From assembly GCA_051362555.1 (NCBI GenBank), contig CM120648.1, positions 6,134,587-6,198,586 of the forward strand: a stretch of DNA of 64,000 bases, in the 5' to 3' direction. Below the pieces are notes generated by a model that was not told the DNA's origin, did no database searches, and saw nothing but the letters and a program-made list of their open reading frames with translations. The position numbers and the translations under genes were made by a program. Position 1 is the stretch's first letter. Each line of letters begins with the position of its first letter. Below, piece by piece: positions 1 to 13,000 of this stretch. This DNA comes from Lingula anatina (lineage: Eukaryota; Animalia; Brachiopoda).

Positions 1-495
1 ACTGTCTTCCAGAAGACCCAGAAAATGGCCTCCATCCAACCCTGACCTTGACCCTCCTGGAAGCCTCCTTCCCTTCACCTCAGCTAATGAAAAAGTATAG
101 CTTTGTTTGTCTAGACTTATTTCCAGGAATATGTCCCCTGATATCTGGGAATTAAACACTACCCCTATCACGTTTCTGATAGAATTTCAAGTTTAAGGGG
201 TTTCAGAACTTCTTTTCTGTTTCGCTATGTGTTCTGGATTTGCAGCTGTCATTTCTCTGGAGAAGTCTGACTGTCACCAGATGAAATATTGGCTTGTAAA
301 TATCAGTTTTTTTTCTATAGCTACTGGTCTATTGGTATATCTTTTGGATAGAATTTTTATCTGCCTTTACCAGAAATTCCTCTATTTCCAATTGAAGAAA
401 AAGCTGGAAAAGTTTCTTGTGAGGCTAAATATAGTAAATCTTTGTAATCTGTATCTCAATGCAGTTTTACTCTTTATCAGTATCCTGCCCCCCCC

Positions 496-498
<3 letters not shown>

Positions 499-539
<41 letters not shown>
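499..539. repeat. (CA)n microsatellite preceded by a poly-C run
   Basis: About 20 CA units, directly visible. Confidence 0.95.
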
Positions 540-542
<3 letters not shown>

Positions 543-556
543 GAAGATAAACTTAC

Positions 557-708
557 TCTCCATTATAACAACATATGGTGGAATTGTTTGTTTTTCTTAA
601 TTTCATTCCAGCATCCTTGAATGTATTACTGAAGATATGAGTTGGTCTTTATTGTCCACAATATGGCTGGATGGACTGTTTGCAACACTTAAGCAGATTG
701 TTTTCGTC
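557..708 (-). other. Putative internal exon of a minus-strand transcript divergent from the Pax gene (probably non-coding or 5'UTR)
   Basis: On the minus strand, acceptor tttcattttcag|gacg at 709-710 and donor gaga|gtaagt at 551-556. All three frames contain a stop. Confidence 0.4.
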
Positions 709-3667
709 CTGAAAATGAAATTATCAACCAAATAACATTTTTGACAAATTTCTTTTCTGTAAACCAGGAAATTAACTGAAATTTCTGATTTTTTAAATTT
801 ATTTTTATTTTTATTTATTTTTTTTTTTTTTTTCAAGTTAAATGTCGTTTTCATAATTCTGATTTTCATGTTAGGAATAAACTCAATCTCTGCGCTGCAC
901 ATGTCCTCAAAGCAAGGATTTGCTCATTCACTTGTGACAGACCTAAGTGGGTGACACCGTTAACATAGGTAATGACTGATTTCATACTCTTGCGAACTCA
1001 GAGGTAATGATGAAGTGAGGTGTGATAACTTTTAATTATCTTAAGATAAGTTTGCATGTCATGGAAATAATGACAAAAAGATTTTGCCCATTTGGAAATT
1101 AGTTTTCCTTTGGAACAAAAAATATTGGAACAAAAAGAAAAAAAATTTGGGGGGAGGGGGCGCAGAAATGATGGTAAAGAGGTGAATTTTTAGTTTCATT
1201 GCAACACATTGCTTGTTGGTGCTTGTGCTGTGAGATGGAACTTATGTCAGTATTAATAATGGTGAACATACTATAACACACCCCTAATTGTCATTTATAG
1301 AATTTGATCACTTTCTGTTGAAGGTACTGAAACATGAGTGAGTTACACAATTTTTCTCTTAATGCATTTTTGTTCTTTGAGAGTTTTTCACTTTTAAGGA
1401 CTTCTCTCTCTTGTTCTTCACCTAACGTACCACTTCAAATTGTTCCACTTCAAATTGTACCAATAATGAAAATGTGTCACCACAACAAAATTCTGTTTTT
1501 ATTGGTATACTTTCTGAAATAGAATTTGGCAAAATTTTTGAAAGGAACTTAAAAACATTAAATTTAGATGCTTTGGCCTTAATGAGTAAAGCATAACATA
1601 AAGGGCGTTTAAGTTATAGTTACATGATCCTGAAAATTTCTCAGAATGCACAGTAGATTAAAATGCTTCGGGGAAAAGTTTCACGGAACAACCCCTTTTT
1701 GTTATTTTCTTCTTGCCACCTATGCGATATCTTCACTTGATTTCACCCATTTCCAGCGACATAATCATTAATGCCTTAAGGTTGTCGCACGTTTTTGTTA
1801 TAAAAAATGTCTACATGCAATCTCGAGTATGATAGTTACTTCAAACGTGCGAACTTTTATTCCTTTACAGCAAGCTTCAGCTTGAAGGTAAGAAAAATGA
1901 CAAGATTTTGATGCTGCTGTGAAAGGTATCACTGTATGATTGCTTTATTTAAACTTCACATTGTCACACACTAATAATCAGCACATGAGTAAAATGTTTT
2001 GTACAAAGCATATAAAATCTGCATGTGTCTACTGTGCAGTCAATTCCTGGTGTACTAACCTCATCGTAATTAAACATCTTGTTTCTCAAGAACAAGTTGC
2101 AGCAGCAGATATGGTGACAGTGATGGTGGAAAATGATCTCATTTTGAGTTTACTCTATTCCACGTCCAACAGCAGGTTAGATACTTCCATTTTCACAAAT
2201 ATTTAATGCACAAAGGCAAACTTGGATTATATGGTAATTACAACTTAGTCACTATTATCTGAGGACAACTTATATGTTATAATGCAAAAGAGTTATGCAA
2301 TTTGAAAGTTTGTCACATCTCCCAGTATTTTAGATGCATAACTTCAATATAAGTTGATCACAATTTTCCCTGTTGTTTCACCTAAGTGCCTATGGCTTAA
2401 AATATGCAAGATATTGGCAAAAAAACTACAACCTCATAAGTACAGAGGGCAAAGATTGTTGCTTATACATGTTAATCGTAATAATACATAGCTGTGAATA
2501 GAGAGATGAAATAACTAGTAACAAACATGAAAATTTAGATAACTCCACCACTGTTAGTTATCTTAATTAACTATCAAGTGTACACTCTCAGTCATGTTTT
2601 CATTACATCAGACACTTTCCATTATCGTAGGAGATGAGGTTCTCTCAATCTAACGCCTTCGCCTCTTTACCGTTGTACAGATAATTTACCATAGTTTCCT
2701 TTAGCTACAGAGCTAGATTTCACAAAGTTACTTGTAACCCTTGCGATTTTTATCAGATAACAAAATCGCGTATTATTATTTTGTCTTTTATAATTATTTA
2801 TTAAAATGTTATTCAGGTTTAGAAGTAATGAAAATATTGGAAAGAGTTTTTTTCTCATTGCACATGAAAATCGATTTCCATGCTTATTATCGTAATCCGC
2901 CATTTTGTCTGATGTTATTTTGCGAATCATCTGCATCGACATGTTGAAGGCGCCTCGTAAGCTCAACATCTGTACGAAATTGTCTGGGAAGGGTGAAAAA
3001 ATGGCTTTACGTTAATTCTAGAAAATAAATAATTGAGGGAAGGTTTTTGGATCACTGAAGATCACATTCCTTATGCTTGGCAGGCCACCTGCAGATCTCG
3101 ATGGCGCCGCATACTTCAGTGCACAATCTCAAACATCGATCACGTATTAATGCAATGGAAAGTCCAATGTATTTACTTATTGCTACATGACTGCTTTTGA
3201 ACGCCTTGCAATACGATCAAACCTTAGTTACTTCCCGCAATTCTTTTTAATTCGGCCGATGTTATGCGTAGTTAAACTTAGTACATAGAATGTTCCTTAA
3301 TGTTTTTGTTCAAAATCTGCTAAACCTTGAAACCATTTAAAGAGAAACATTGTTCGAAAGACATTTAAAAAAAGATGGCGCCTCAGTGCAGTCATAGGTC
3401 AGGAACCCCTCTGCGGGTACATTATGGCTTATCTTTAAACAGCGGTATCATGTTTGTGTTTTCTTGATGAAGAGCACGGCTTGTGCCATTATAGGTGCCC
3501 AAGTTTATAGATAACAAGATTGCGAAAAGTTCACTTTTTCGCACTAAGGCAATGCAAATGCATAACTTTTGACCATTTGGTCAAATCATCGATCCTCATT
3601 AAAATTACCTGCCTTGGTATGGTAAAGACTTAAATCCTTCGCACAAAAGATCTCAACTTTTTCCAAA

Positions 3668-4620
3668 ATGGTGTCACATCTGGTTGACCGAGCATTCTGT
3701 CCCAATTCTGATTTGAGTTTATTCAAGCAAGAGGTAATTTCTTTGCATGACCCGCCATTGCGTGAGGTTTATACATAGTTCAAAATGGCGGTTGTTTGCC
3801 CTGGCTTACTTGATTTCCTTAATGTCTCCTCTAAAATTGATTCCCTTTTTATGCTCTGGAAAATTTATTGTTCATTTGCTGAGTTCACAAGCGTATGCTG
3901 TAGAAATGTATGACTTTGTAGATAAACGATTCATCATTACATACGCTTGGTGTCCAAATGGACATCCTGCACATCGGTACATCTTTTTAGAAAATAAAGA
4001 TGATGAGTTTTGTGTCTGAGAGGGCCTGAAAGCAGACCAATAAAACGTGGTAACTAAATCTTATGTAAGCCGTACACAAGCAGAGACCAGACATGTTACA
4101 ACAGACACCTTGTTTGAAGCACTTCATACGATTAAGATGGCGTCGCACTTACTTGACCGCGAATCGTTAATTCATGACAAACAGTCTGGATTTTCTAGTG
4201 AAAACCTGGTGTTTTAACTTTATATTCTGAATGTTCAAGATTAAAACCGGCCCAAGAAACTAGGATTAATAATTCGTGACTAATTTTTTGCGTGTAAACA
4301 ATGCGTTGGTTGATCTGCCTGGCGTCGCACTCACTTAACCGCGTAAAAAGGCGCTTTGAGTTTTGTGGTTCATTACGAAATTCTCCACATCCCTTTTCAT
4401 CGTCTAAATTTTAAATTGTGATAAGAGATTAGCTGTGAGCGTTTTCATGATGCAATAGTAGAAGGACAGGGCGTTGCGTAAATTGTAATTTTAATGTCAC
4501 CTGCAGTTTTAGCCTTTGGTAATGCTTATCAACTTAAATCCTATTAAAAGACATGACATAAGTTTGCTTTCTCATACCCTTACACTTAATTCAAGATGGC
4601 GTCTCACATGGTTGACCGCG
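3668..4620 (+). promoter_or_regulatory. Array of four ungapped 25-bp motif copies, consensus ATGGCGTCNCACNYRSTTRACCGCG
   Basis: Copies at 3668-3692, 4137-4161, 4319-4343 and 4596-4620, all in the same orientation with unrelated spacers. The repeat is seen directly; the regulatory role is inferred. Confidence 0.6.
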
Positions 4621-5945
4621 CAATTTTGTTGCCGATCGCAAGTTGAAGGCTCTTTCACGCGAGCGTTAATGTATTTGCCCCAGTTCACGTGAATGAACAA
4701 CAAGTTGGCAAATATGCTCCTTGTACGTTGTTTGAGCAAGCTTTAATAGAGCTTCCGCGCAGGCAGATTTAGAAATTCAATAACTCCATAATCAATGCAC
4801 GTTGGGTTGAGTGCGTTCGTTGGCTTTGAGGTCAGGTCGTGTGATAAAATAGAAGTATCGCTGCATGGCGTATTGCCTTAACCTTATAAGTCTTTCTTTT
4901 TTCACATGACTTATAAAAGCTAAGATACATACATTGTTTTTAAAAGCAAGTACTGACTAGTATGTCTTCTGATAAGATGTAAAAAGACATCTCAAAAAAT
5001 TGCAGAACAACACCTTTAAGCGAGGTTCAATCTTTTTTGAACTTCAGTGTTTTGAGTCAACCCAGCTATTCAGCAGTTATCTTGTGTTGTCTTTTGTTGA
5101 TGTAATCCAACTTGCTGTAATACTCTTACACAAGAATTTTTTTCCTTTGAGGCGAGGTTATGCAAAAAAAAAACATAAACATTATTGCACTGGTGTGATC
5201 CTCCCTTTGGCAAAGATTTTCGTTTTTTGTGTTTGTTTTTAAAGATACTATCTGTATGCATTTTTGTACGCACTTTTTGGCAGTGCAGAGTTGTATTTGC
5301 GATAGATATTTATTGTTCTCTTCTTGCTGCATATCACTATCTTTACTCGGCTACAATTCTACATATAAGATTTAAATTAATTTTGGAAAACTTTATTTTC
5401 CTCAATCCAAAATGACGTATGTTTGACGCATTGCTTCAATAAAGCCGAGCCATTAACTTCACTTCAAGCATCTGTGAAGGAAGAAAAATCGTTTCGTGCC
5501 AATGATTTTTTAGCTTGACCTGGCACAGCAGGACTCATATTGTGTTACCTTCGAAATAACGCTTAACAGGCACAAGAACACAAGTGAACTTTTACGCTTT
5601 TCCCTGAAGATGATTTAAAATCTATGAAGCTCAAACTGACGAGCTTTTTAGGTTTTTTTTCTTTCTACGTAAACCTCAGATTTAAACTAATAAGCTGTAA
5701 AAGATCGAGTTATCATTTTTAATGTTTCAACAAGCGACTTTCTTTGAGAAATGAACAAAGGTGGCTTATGGCAGTGATTTAATTCGCAGTGAAACTGCTC
5801 TGATATAATCTTATGTCACTCTGTGACCTTTCTCTGCTTTTTGTTTTGCAGTTGCAAAATAAGTTAAGCCTCTGGCTAAAATTTTGTAAACCACGAAACA
5901 GGTTACCAACTATGGCGGCTTTGTACGGAGCCTGAGCGCTGGTCA

Positions 5946-6091
5946 TTACCCATAATGCACCAGGATTTTATGTGTGGGCAGCGAAGCAGATGCAATCAGG
6001 GAAAGTATTGTCAAGCGCAAGTGCATGTTATTAATTCGTTTTGTAAGGGCAAGCTATAAATACAGTGGAGAACCAGGGTTACCATAGCAAC
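5946..6091 (+). promoter_or_regulatory. Candidate Pax promoter: ZNF143/Staf-like site, TATA box, RFX X-box
   Basis: TTACCCATAATGCACCA at 5946-5962, TATAAATA at 6055-6062 and GTTACCATAGCAAC at 6078-6091. A possible first-exon donor GTAAGT lies at 6560-6565. Confidence 0.4.
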
Positions 6092-7016
6092 CGTAAAGCA
6101 TCCCGTCCATCATACTTGGTTGTGGGTAAATAACCTTGCGTGATGTGATCTAGCAAAAGAAAAAAAAATGAAATAAGCATACCCTGAGGCTATACAATCA
6201 AGTATGCAGGGTGTCATGTGTGTGCTGTTTACCCTTCGTGACCTTGGAATGTCCTCGTTAGAACGCATGTCCGTTCACGGACCCGTACTACATGACGTGT
6301 CAATGCATATTGATTTCCATTATGCACAACTTTCCGTTTGCACTTTGGATGGCTCCACAATTCTTCTCACCCTACTCCTTAAGGAATGAGTTTATGAATG
6401 AGAGCCTATTGAATAAAGTTTTGGATCAAGATTTGATGTTCTAATCTCCTCTTTGCCCACATGAAAACAGAAAACAATGGCTGTTTGTGAATGAAGCACT
6501 ATCCAGTTCATAAAAATACATCAAGATTTTGTTTTAATCCTTTTTGTCCTTGTACTGTTGTAAGTGAGGCATTATCGAGTGAATGAAAGTGGATCAAGAT
6601 GCTGTGTTCTTATCCATTTTTTTCTTGTTACATATCACAAAGCAGAAAACACTCGTTGACAAGCTCAGCCTCAGGTCAGGTCTTTGAGTTTAATTATCAA
6701 CACAACCTTATTCAACTTAACTCGGCCCTTGTTCTCTTAGATGAATCTCGGCATCATCAGGGTGAAAAGAAACCTCTTTTTCTTCTTTTAAGGAAATATA
6801 AGCTGTTTTTTTTTTTTTTTTTTTTTTTACGTTGACTTCAGAGATATCTTCTGGCAACTTTAAAACTTTCAGAAAGGTGATTAATTTCAATTTATTAAAA
6901 ATTGTGTTTTTGTTACTATTGCCTATAGTGAAGTTGGATGGGGTTGTGTTGGATGAAATTTTTGAAAAAAAAAACATTGACAGTCTTTTCAGATTTTGTG
7001 TCTGCTAACCTGTTGC

Positions 7017-7080
7017 TGACCTTGACCTTTGCAGTATTGACCTCTGACCTTTGAAGTGGTGACCATTGTGACCCTGACCT
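7017..7080. promoter_or_regulatory. Dense cluster of TGACC(T) nuclear-receptor-type half-sites
   Basis: TGACCTTGACCT, TGACCTCTGACCT, TGACCA and TGACCCTGACCT within 64 bp. Confidence 0.35.
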
Positions 7081-10000
7081 ATGTAATGTTACTTTCTTTT
7101 ACATTGACTTATGTTAAATAACAGCAACTAATATCAAGAATTTATTCTTTAGCAGCATCTCTTCCACTCCATCTTGTTAATCCTTGTATTTTCAATTAGA
7201 ATGAATTCGCCAAGTTTTTTATCTGTAATCTACCCTGTATACCTAGTCTCAGAAAGCAGAAAATACAAGTTGACAGCCCCTGCCCCAGGCAGGACAGAGC
7301 TCAGAGTTAAATTAGCAGGTCTCTTTGCAGCTGCTAGCCCTGTTCTATGTTCTGTGTGTTGGGCATGGTGACAGCTGTTACCTAACATTATCTGAAAACT
7401 TTCATTGTCAATAAAAAATACATGGTACCAAAGACAAGGTGCCTTTTTTATTAAAAAGGCGTTTTTAGAAATGATAAAGGAAATTTGAAGGTGTCACACT
7501 CTCTTTAACAGGGACATGTATTTTTCTATAATTTTGGGGATTGTTTTCATTTGAACATAGTCAAAAAGCTTGCTACATTTTGAATAATCTGTTCAAAGGC
7601 AGGTATTTTTGTGGAGATTATTGGCTTTTTTCTGCATCAGTTAACATTTCCTCCATATTAGTCATGAATTGTCTTCCGTCCTTTTTTCTTTTTATTTTCA
7701 GAACACTTGATATATAACTAAGGGAGTCTCAAGTTTCAGATTTATAGAAATAGTTCCCCATGGGACAAGTAAGAAAGACACAACAATTAATCTTTTTCTG
7801 TAGAAAAAGAATTTCGTAATGTCAACAATGTGATATGTTGCATTTTGAACAACAGAGCCTCTGCAAAAATCTAGGCAACCCAATCCAAGCAGTTGCATGT
7901 TATCCCTATGGGGATATCACCTTGTAAGATGTGTATAACAATAGTACCAGAACACTTGGAACGGTTAAATACTGCAATTATTTATTTCTTACTTAATAGA
8001 TACACAGTGTTCATCTTCAAGTACAGACTATAATGACAATAGCTTAAGGCCCTTTTTAAGTCGAGGGGTACAGTTTTTAAGTCATCTCAAATTAACTGGT
8101 CTTGCCATGTAGTTACTCTCCAGGTGTTTTTACTACCTTTAACAAACCCCAGTATACCAATTGAAATTTATCCATTTTAACAGGCAGTGTTGAGTACAGG
8201 AGCTCCGTGACTAGGTGACTCTTTCAGATAATAGTCAGGTAATAAAATCGTCAATCTCTATTGCTGGAGCAGTATGGAAAACTGTACCACTCGAATGTTA
8301 AAAATGGTCTTCTTATATATGCCAACATGGAACTGACCTCTTTAGAAGACATTTCCGGTGCATAGAATTTCCCCAGCATTGCTAAAAGGTTAGCTCCACC
8401 TCACACGGACATGTTTTCTAGTTTTCAGTATTGCTCTGACAGCCTCGTTGTTTGGCTCATTTTTTGGGGAATTCTCATTGTCTTACATTATGAAAAGCGA
8501 ACACTTTTAACCAAGTCATCAGTTACATGAATTATTTGATATTCACTCTGCTGCATAATTGAATTTTTGAAAGGCCCAGGGGCTGTGATTGTATTACGGA
8601 AAAAGGATGCAACATTCTGAAGAGACAAACAAACAGATTAATTTAGAAAAATAAAAAGGAAGGATTTAGGATGACATTTCCCACAAAGTATCCCATTAAA
8701 GGTAAACTTTATTAATATTTTCTGCAGAAGAAAGATGTACACAGTGCTGGTGTTGGGATTTTTTTACTATCTTCAGACAAGATTTATCACCAACAGCCTA
8801 ATCAACATTGTAAATGTAAATACCCAATTAACGAGTTAATTTGGTTTCAATTTATCAGTTTGGCCTTTTTTTTTTTTTTTTTTAGAATTTGACATTCCAT
8901 CCCAGGCATTCTAAACTTAGAGATCTGCACTATTCTTGGTATCCATGACATTCAAATTATTTCTTACAATAAACTGAGCATTAATTTTTCCCCATTAAAT
9001 CATAAGATGTATTTCCATCCTGAAACAGAAGATGGAACATTTTCCGCTAAAACTAGCAGACTGCCTCTTGCGCACACTTAATTCTCTAGGACTGGAGGCA
9101 GTGATCACACGCTAGAATCTAGCAGCAATCTGCGTGTTGCTTGCACATGGGTAAAAATCTCACCGATGATTGCACCTACAATGATCAACATGATCAGCTT
9201 CTGATTCAAACTCTGCCATTGTGAAATTAATGAATATTTCAGATCAAGCATTTGGATTCCACTGTTAGGTTTTCCTTTAAAAAAACCTTCAGAGCCTGTC
9301 ATCATTAACATGTTTGTAGTGTCATTTTCTTAGTGAAGAGAAGTGCTTGTAAACCCAGTGTTTTTTTTTTTTTTTTTTTTTTTTTATTTAATAGCTGCCA
9401 TCTGTTAAATTAGATGTTTGCATGGTTGGCCAATACACCACAGTCATTCACAGTGGTATGACAAGTAATTTCCTTTTTTATTTTTTGATATTTTCTCTTT
9501 TGTATTTAGGATAGTGAAAGTTCCCAACATGAAAGTTCCCAACATCATTGTATGAAAGGTAAAAACAGGTGAACACTGTCTTTAGCAAATGAAGAGTTTG
9601 CAGCTAGGATTTGTCAAGAAGCCTAAAATTTTGCTATAGTTGCTGCCAACACATCACATTGTTTGAGCATGATTTCATGTTTTGAAATATTTTAACATTA
9701 AATTTTAGCATGATATTAAGAAAGTAAATAATTGGTGCCCACCATTGCCTATGACACCTTTTTTTTTTTTTTTTTTTTTGTGGAACAACAATGTAATAAA
9801 GTTTTCAAACTACTTTAATTGTCTTAAAAAAAACATTGCCCTACTTTGATCCAGCTCATGACTTGTAGGTAAGCTAGGAAAATTTGATAACTGAGAGAGT
9901 GTTTTCTTGCAGTATTGCACTGTTAAGACTGTTCTGGCCCTCCCCGGTAGCTGTCCATAGATTATGTCATTGATTTCCAATGCTGGGAAGGCCCCCTGTC

Positions 10001-13000
10001 CACCATAGACCTCTACTGCCAAGTAGTGCAGGAATATAGAAAGTGAACTTATTATTTTGATTTATGGCTGTACTGTACTGTACTGTACTGTCAGAATTTT
10101 TGTTCCAAAATATGCATTTTGTGCTTTTCATCATCAACATTGTTTTAGATTTATTTCCTTTTATTTTTTATTTTTATGTATCATGTAACTATTTGTCATT
10201 TTTTAACCAGGTAGTTTTTTGTTTCCATGTCAGTAATTTTATTTTGGTTATTTTTCAATTAAAAAAAAAGCTCTTAGCAGAGTAATTTTTTAGGCTCCTA
10301 TGCCCTCTGAGACAATATGTGAACCATGTTATTGATAAAAACAAGAATCAGTTACCGTGGTAATGGAGGGTGATGTGCAATCGGAGGACAGGTTGGCCTG
10401 ATTGCATGACGCTGAATAGAAATTTCAACATATGTCCTTGGTACCTTGATTGAAAATATCAGAAGGATAAGATTACCCTTTGTTTAGGGAGGATAGCATT
10501 CATGGAACATAAAAGCCCATAACACCTAGTTAAATGGAGCATGTTATTGCCATACAATATCTTCAGGAGCTTCTTGAGAAAAGTTGCAAGCTTTGACCCC
10601 TGGTGAAAAAACTGTAGCATGCAAGTACCCAAAAATAATGAAAAACATATCACATCTCAAATATGTTATTGAGAGCAAACCAACCTTGGTCAAAGTGGTG
10701 TTATTTTCTTACTTGTTTTTTTATGCTTGGGTATGAAATGGCTTTTTTCTTGGAAAATTTTGAAAAAATTCTTGAAGAAAATATCATAAAATTGTTTAAC
10801 ATTTTGTTAATAAGTTCATAATGGACAGAATGATGACAATTTCACAAAATTTGTATGTCAAAAAGTACAGTCCATTTTGCAAATGTTTCTAAACAATATG
10901 TTTAAACCTGTGTATGTACAGTACAAGTTGTTGAGAAAATTCAGATCTGCATCAAAGAAACATTGATTTGATAATGAATCATTTTTACATAGAAGTTTAA
11001 AACATTTAAAAGACAAAATCACTACGAGTCATTTGAGATAAGTTTGCCACTTGAAAGATGTGAAAAATTCTGCGGAATATTCATAAAACTGGCATTCACT
11101 CCTCCACAGATTCGATAACAAAAAAGGTTTCGCAGTTGACGATTAATCGGTAAATGCTAAAAGGGAAGTAAAAGCTCTTAGTCCCATACAGTGTATGCTT
11201 ATAACATTTTGTTTTGAAAAATGCCCAAAGGATGGTAGTGAAAGGAGTAGTGTAGTACCTGGAGTCCTGTGAATGAGAAAGCAATAGCCTGTCAGCGCAC
11301 ACAGATTGATTTATTTGACAACCGACCTTAAGGACATGCTAGGATTAATTTATATAGTACTTGCTTGTTTACATAAGATTAGCCTATCTTGCGCCATGCT
11401 TTCCAGTGGAAATGTTCCGCTTCTTTTTCTGATGGTGTAACTTTATACCTTGTTGTTGGTGTGAGAGAATTGATATGTTCGTGCACACACAGAGGTCAGG
11501 GGAGATCGCGTTTTTCTTCATCCAGTGATTTTCTTTTCAGAAGATGAAAACTGGGCCTTTTTTTCTTCTCTTCTGGTGAAGTTCTTTTGGGGCAAAACAG
11601 CTTGTTTTGAGCTGTTTTGTAAGCAGTTCCTTGCCAAAAGTTGATTTTAACATACAGGTTGTGGGGCCTTCTTTCTATTTTAATTAAAGGTATCCTATCC
11701 AGGATTTACCCACTAAATCTAATCTTCTTATAGACAAAAACATGTTTTATGACATTTCTAATTAGATTATTTACTTTAAAATGACCTCTCAGAAGGAAAT
11801 ATTAACAGTTTATCACAGGAGTTTTATCATTTTTAAGGTGTGAATTGGAGAAAGTTACATTGCAGTATGTGTAGACATAGAAGAAGTGTAAGTGCTTATG
11901 TTGCAAAACAGCATGTAAACTATGTTGTAAGCAGTTGTAGTACATTATCACATACCAATAAGTTTGTTTATATTATCACTGGATATAAAAAAGAGCTGTA
12001 CAGAAAGAGATACAATAAAAGTCACTTTATAAGCATCAGGGTTCCACTGAATAGTGTTTATATTTTAACAGATATTCTTTACTTACAGAAAGTTGGAAGG
12101 AACATGGATTTTGATGCTTTCCACTGGTCATTCTACTGCTTTCTTATATTTTAATGGACATGATTATTATTATTTGAGTTGTTTATTCATGCATAAAACA
12201 GGGATGCTGCTGTTTATCAAAAATGTGAGAATTTGGATCCAGTGTTTAAGGACATGTTCATTCTTTCAAACAAGGTTGTTGGTCATTGTAATCTATCAGT
12301 GATAAACAAACAACTCTCATAGAGTTAATTTCTGTACAATTATTCCGCTCTTTCCCTCATCTTATATAGAATTATGCAAAAGTGTGTTCCTTTTTGTGGA
12401 CAATCCTACAGAAAACATTTTCCAGAAAAAAAGGAACAGGTGAATCACAGTTTGTTGCAGAAAAATGCAGTATATGCCACTCTTTTGGAAAAAAACTACT
12501 CATAAAACCAAGAAACGCAGGACAGCTATTTTAGTTGTTTGTTTCCAGTTAGACATGTCAACCCTGCATTATGTTTAATTCAACCAAAAAAAATATTTAC
12601 ACATGAATTACAGCAGATTAGAACCATGATCGGGTTAAATCTCTTAGAAGAGGATTCAAGTTTCATGTAATATGTTTGGTTTCCAGAGACAGAAATGCTC
12701 TGGAAGAAGACAAGAGAAAAAAAAAAGATGAAAGTTTTGTAATGGCATTGTCTAGCCTTGGCCTCTGCATTTTGTGTCTTAAGGGAAATTTGTTTGTTTT
12801 TTATCCGAATCATACCAAAAGTTTTGAGTGAATTGCAAAAAAGTGATAATACCTCTATGAGAGAATTATGTCATTCTACTATTCATAGTTTCTTTGTTTA
12901 TCATCTCTCTTGTATCACCTACCCTATTTCTGTTATTGACAAAGAAAAATAAGCTATATATTTTTAAAAAATAGTTCTATTCAACCTGATTTCATGGTCA

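Noticed and set aside
227-544. 105-aa ORF ending in PPPLTHTHTH
   Set aside because: AT-biased composition; the tail is just the poly-C/(CA)n microsatellite.
1871-1887. Apparent 17-nt plus-strand micro-exon (tcctttacag|...gaag|gtaaga)
   Set aside because: Good splice signals but no partner exons or frame can be assigned; plausible by chance.
3668-4620. CRISPR-like reading of the 25-bp repeat array
   Set aside because: Eukaryotic context, degenerate repeats, long irregular spacers (157-444 bp) and no cas genes.
9516-9545. Tandem 15-bp duplication containing GAAAGTTCCC (kB-like)
   Set aside because: A simple slippage duplication explains it, and the kB match is imperfect.
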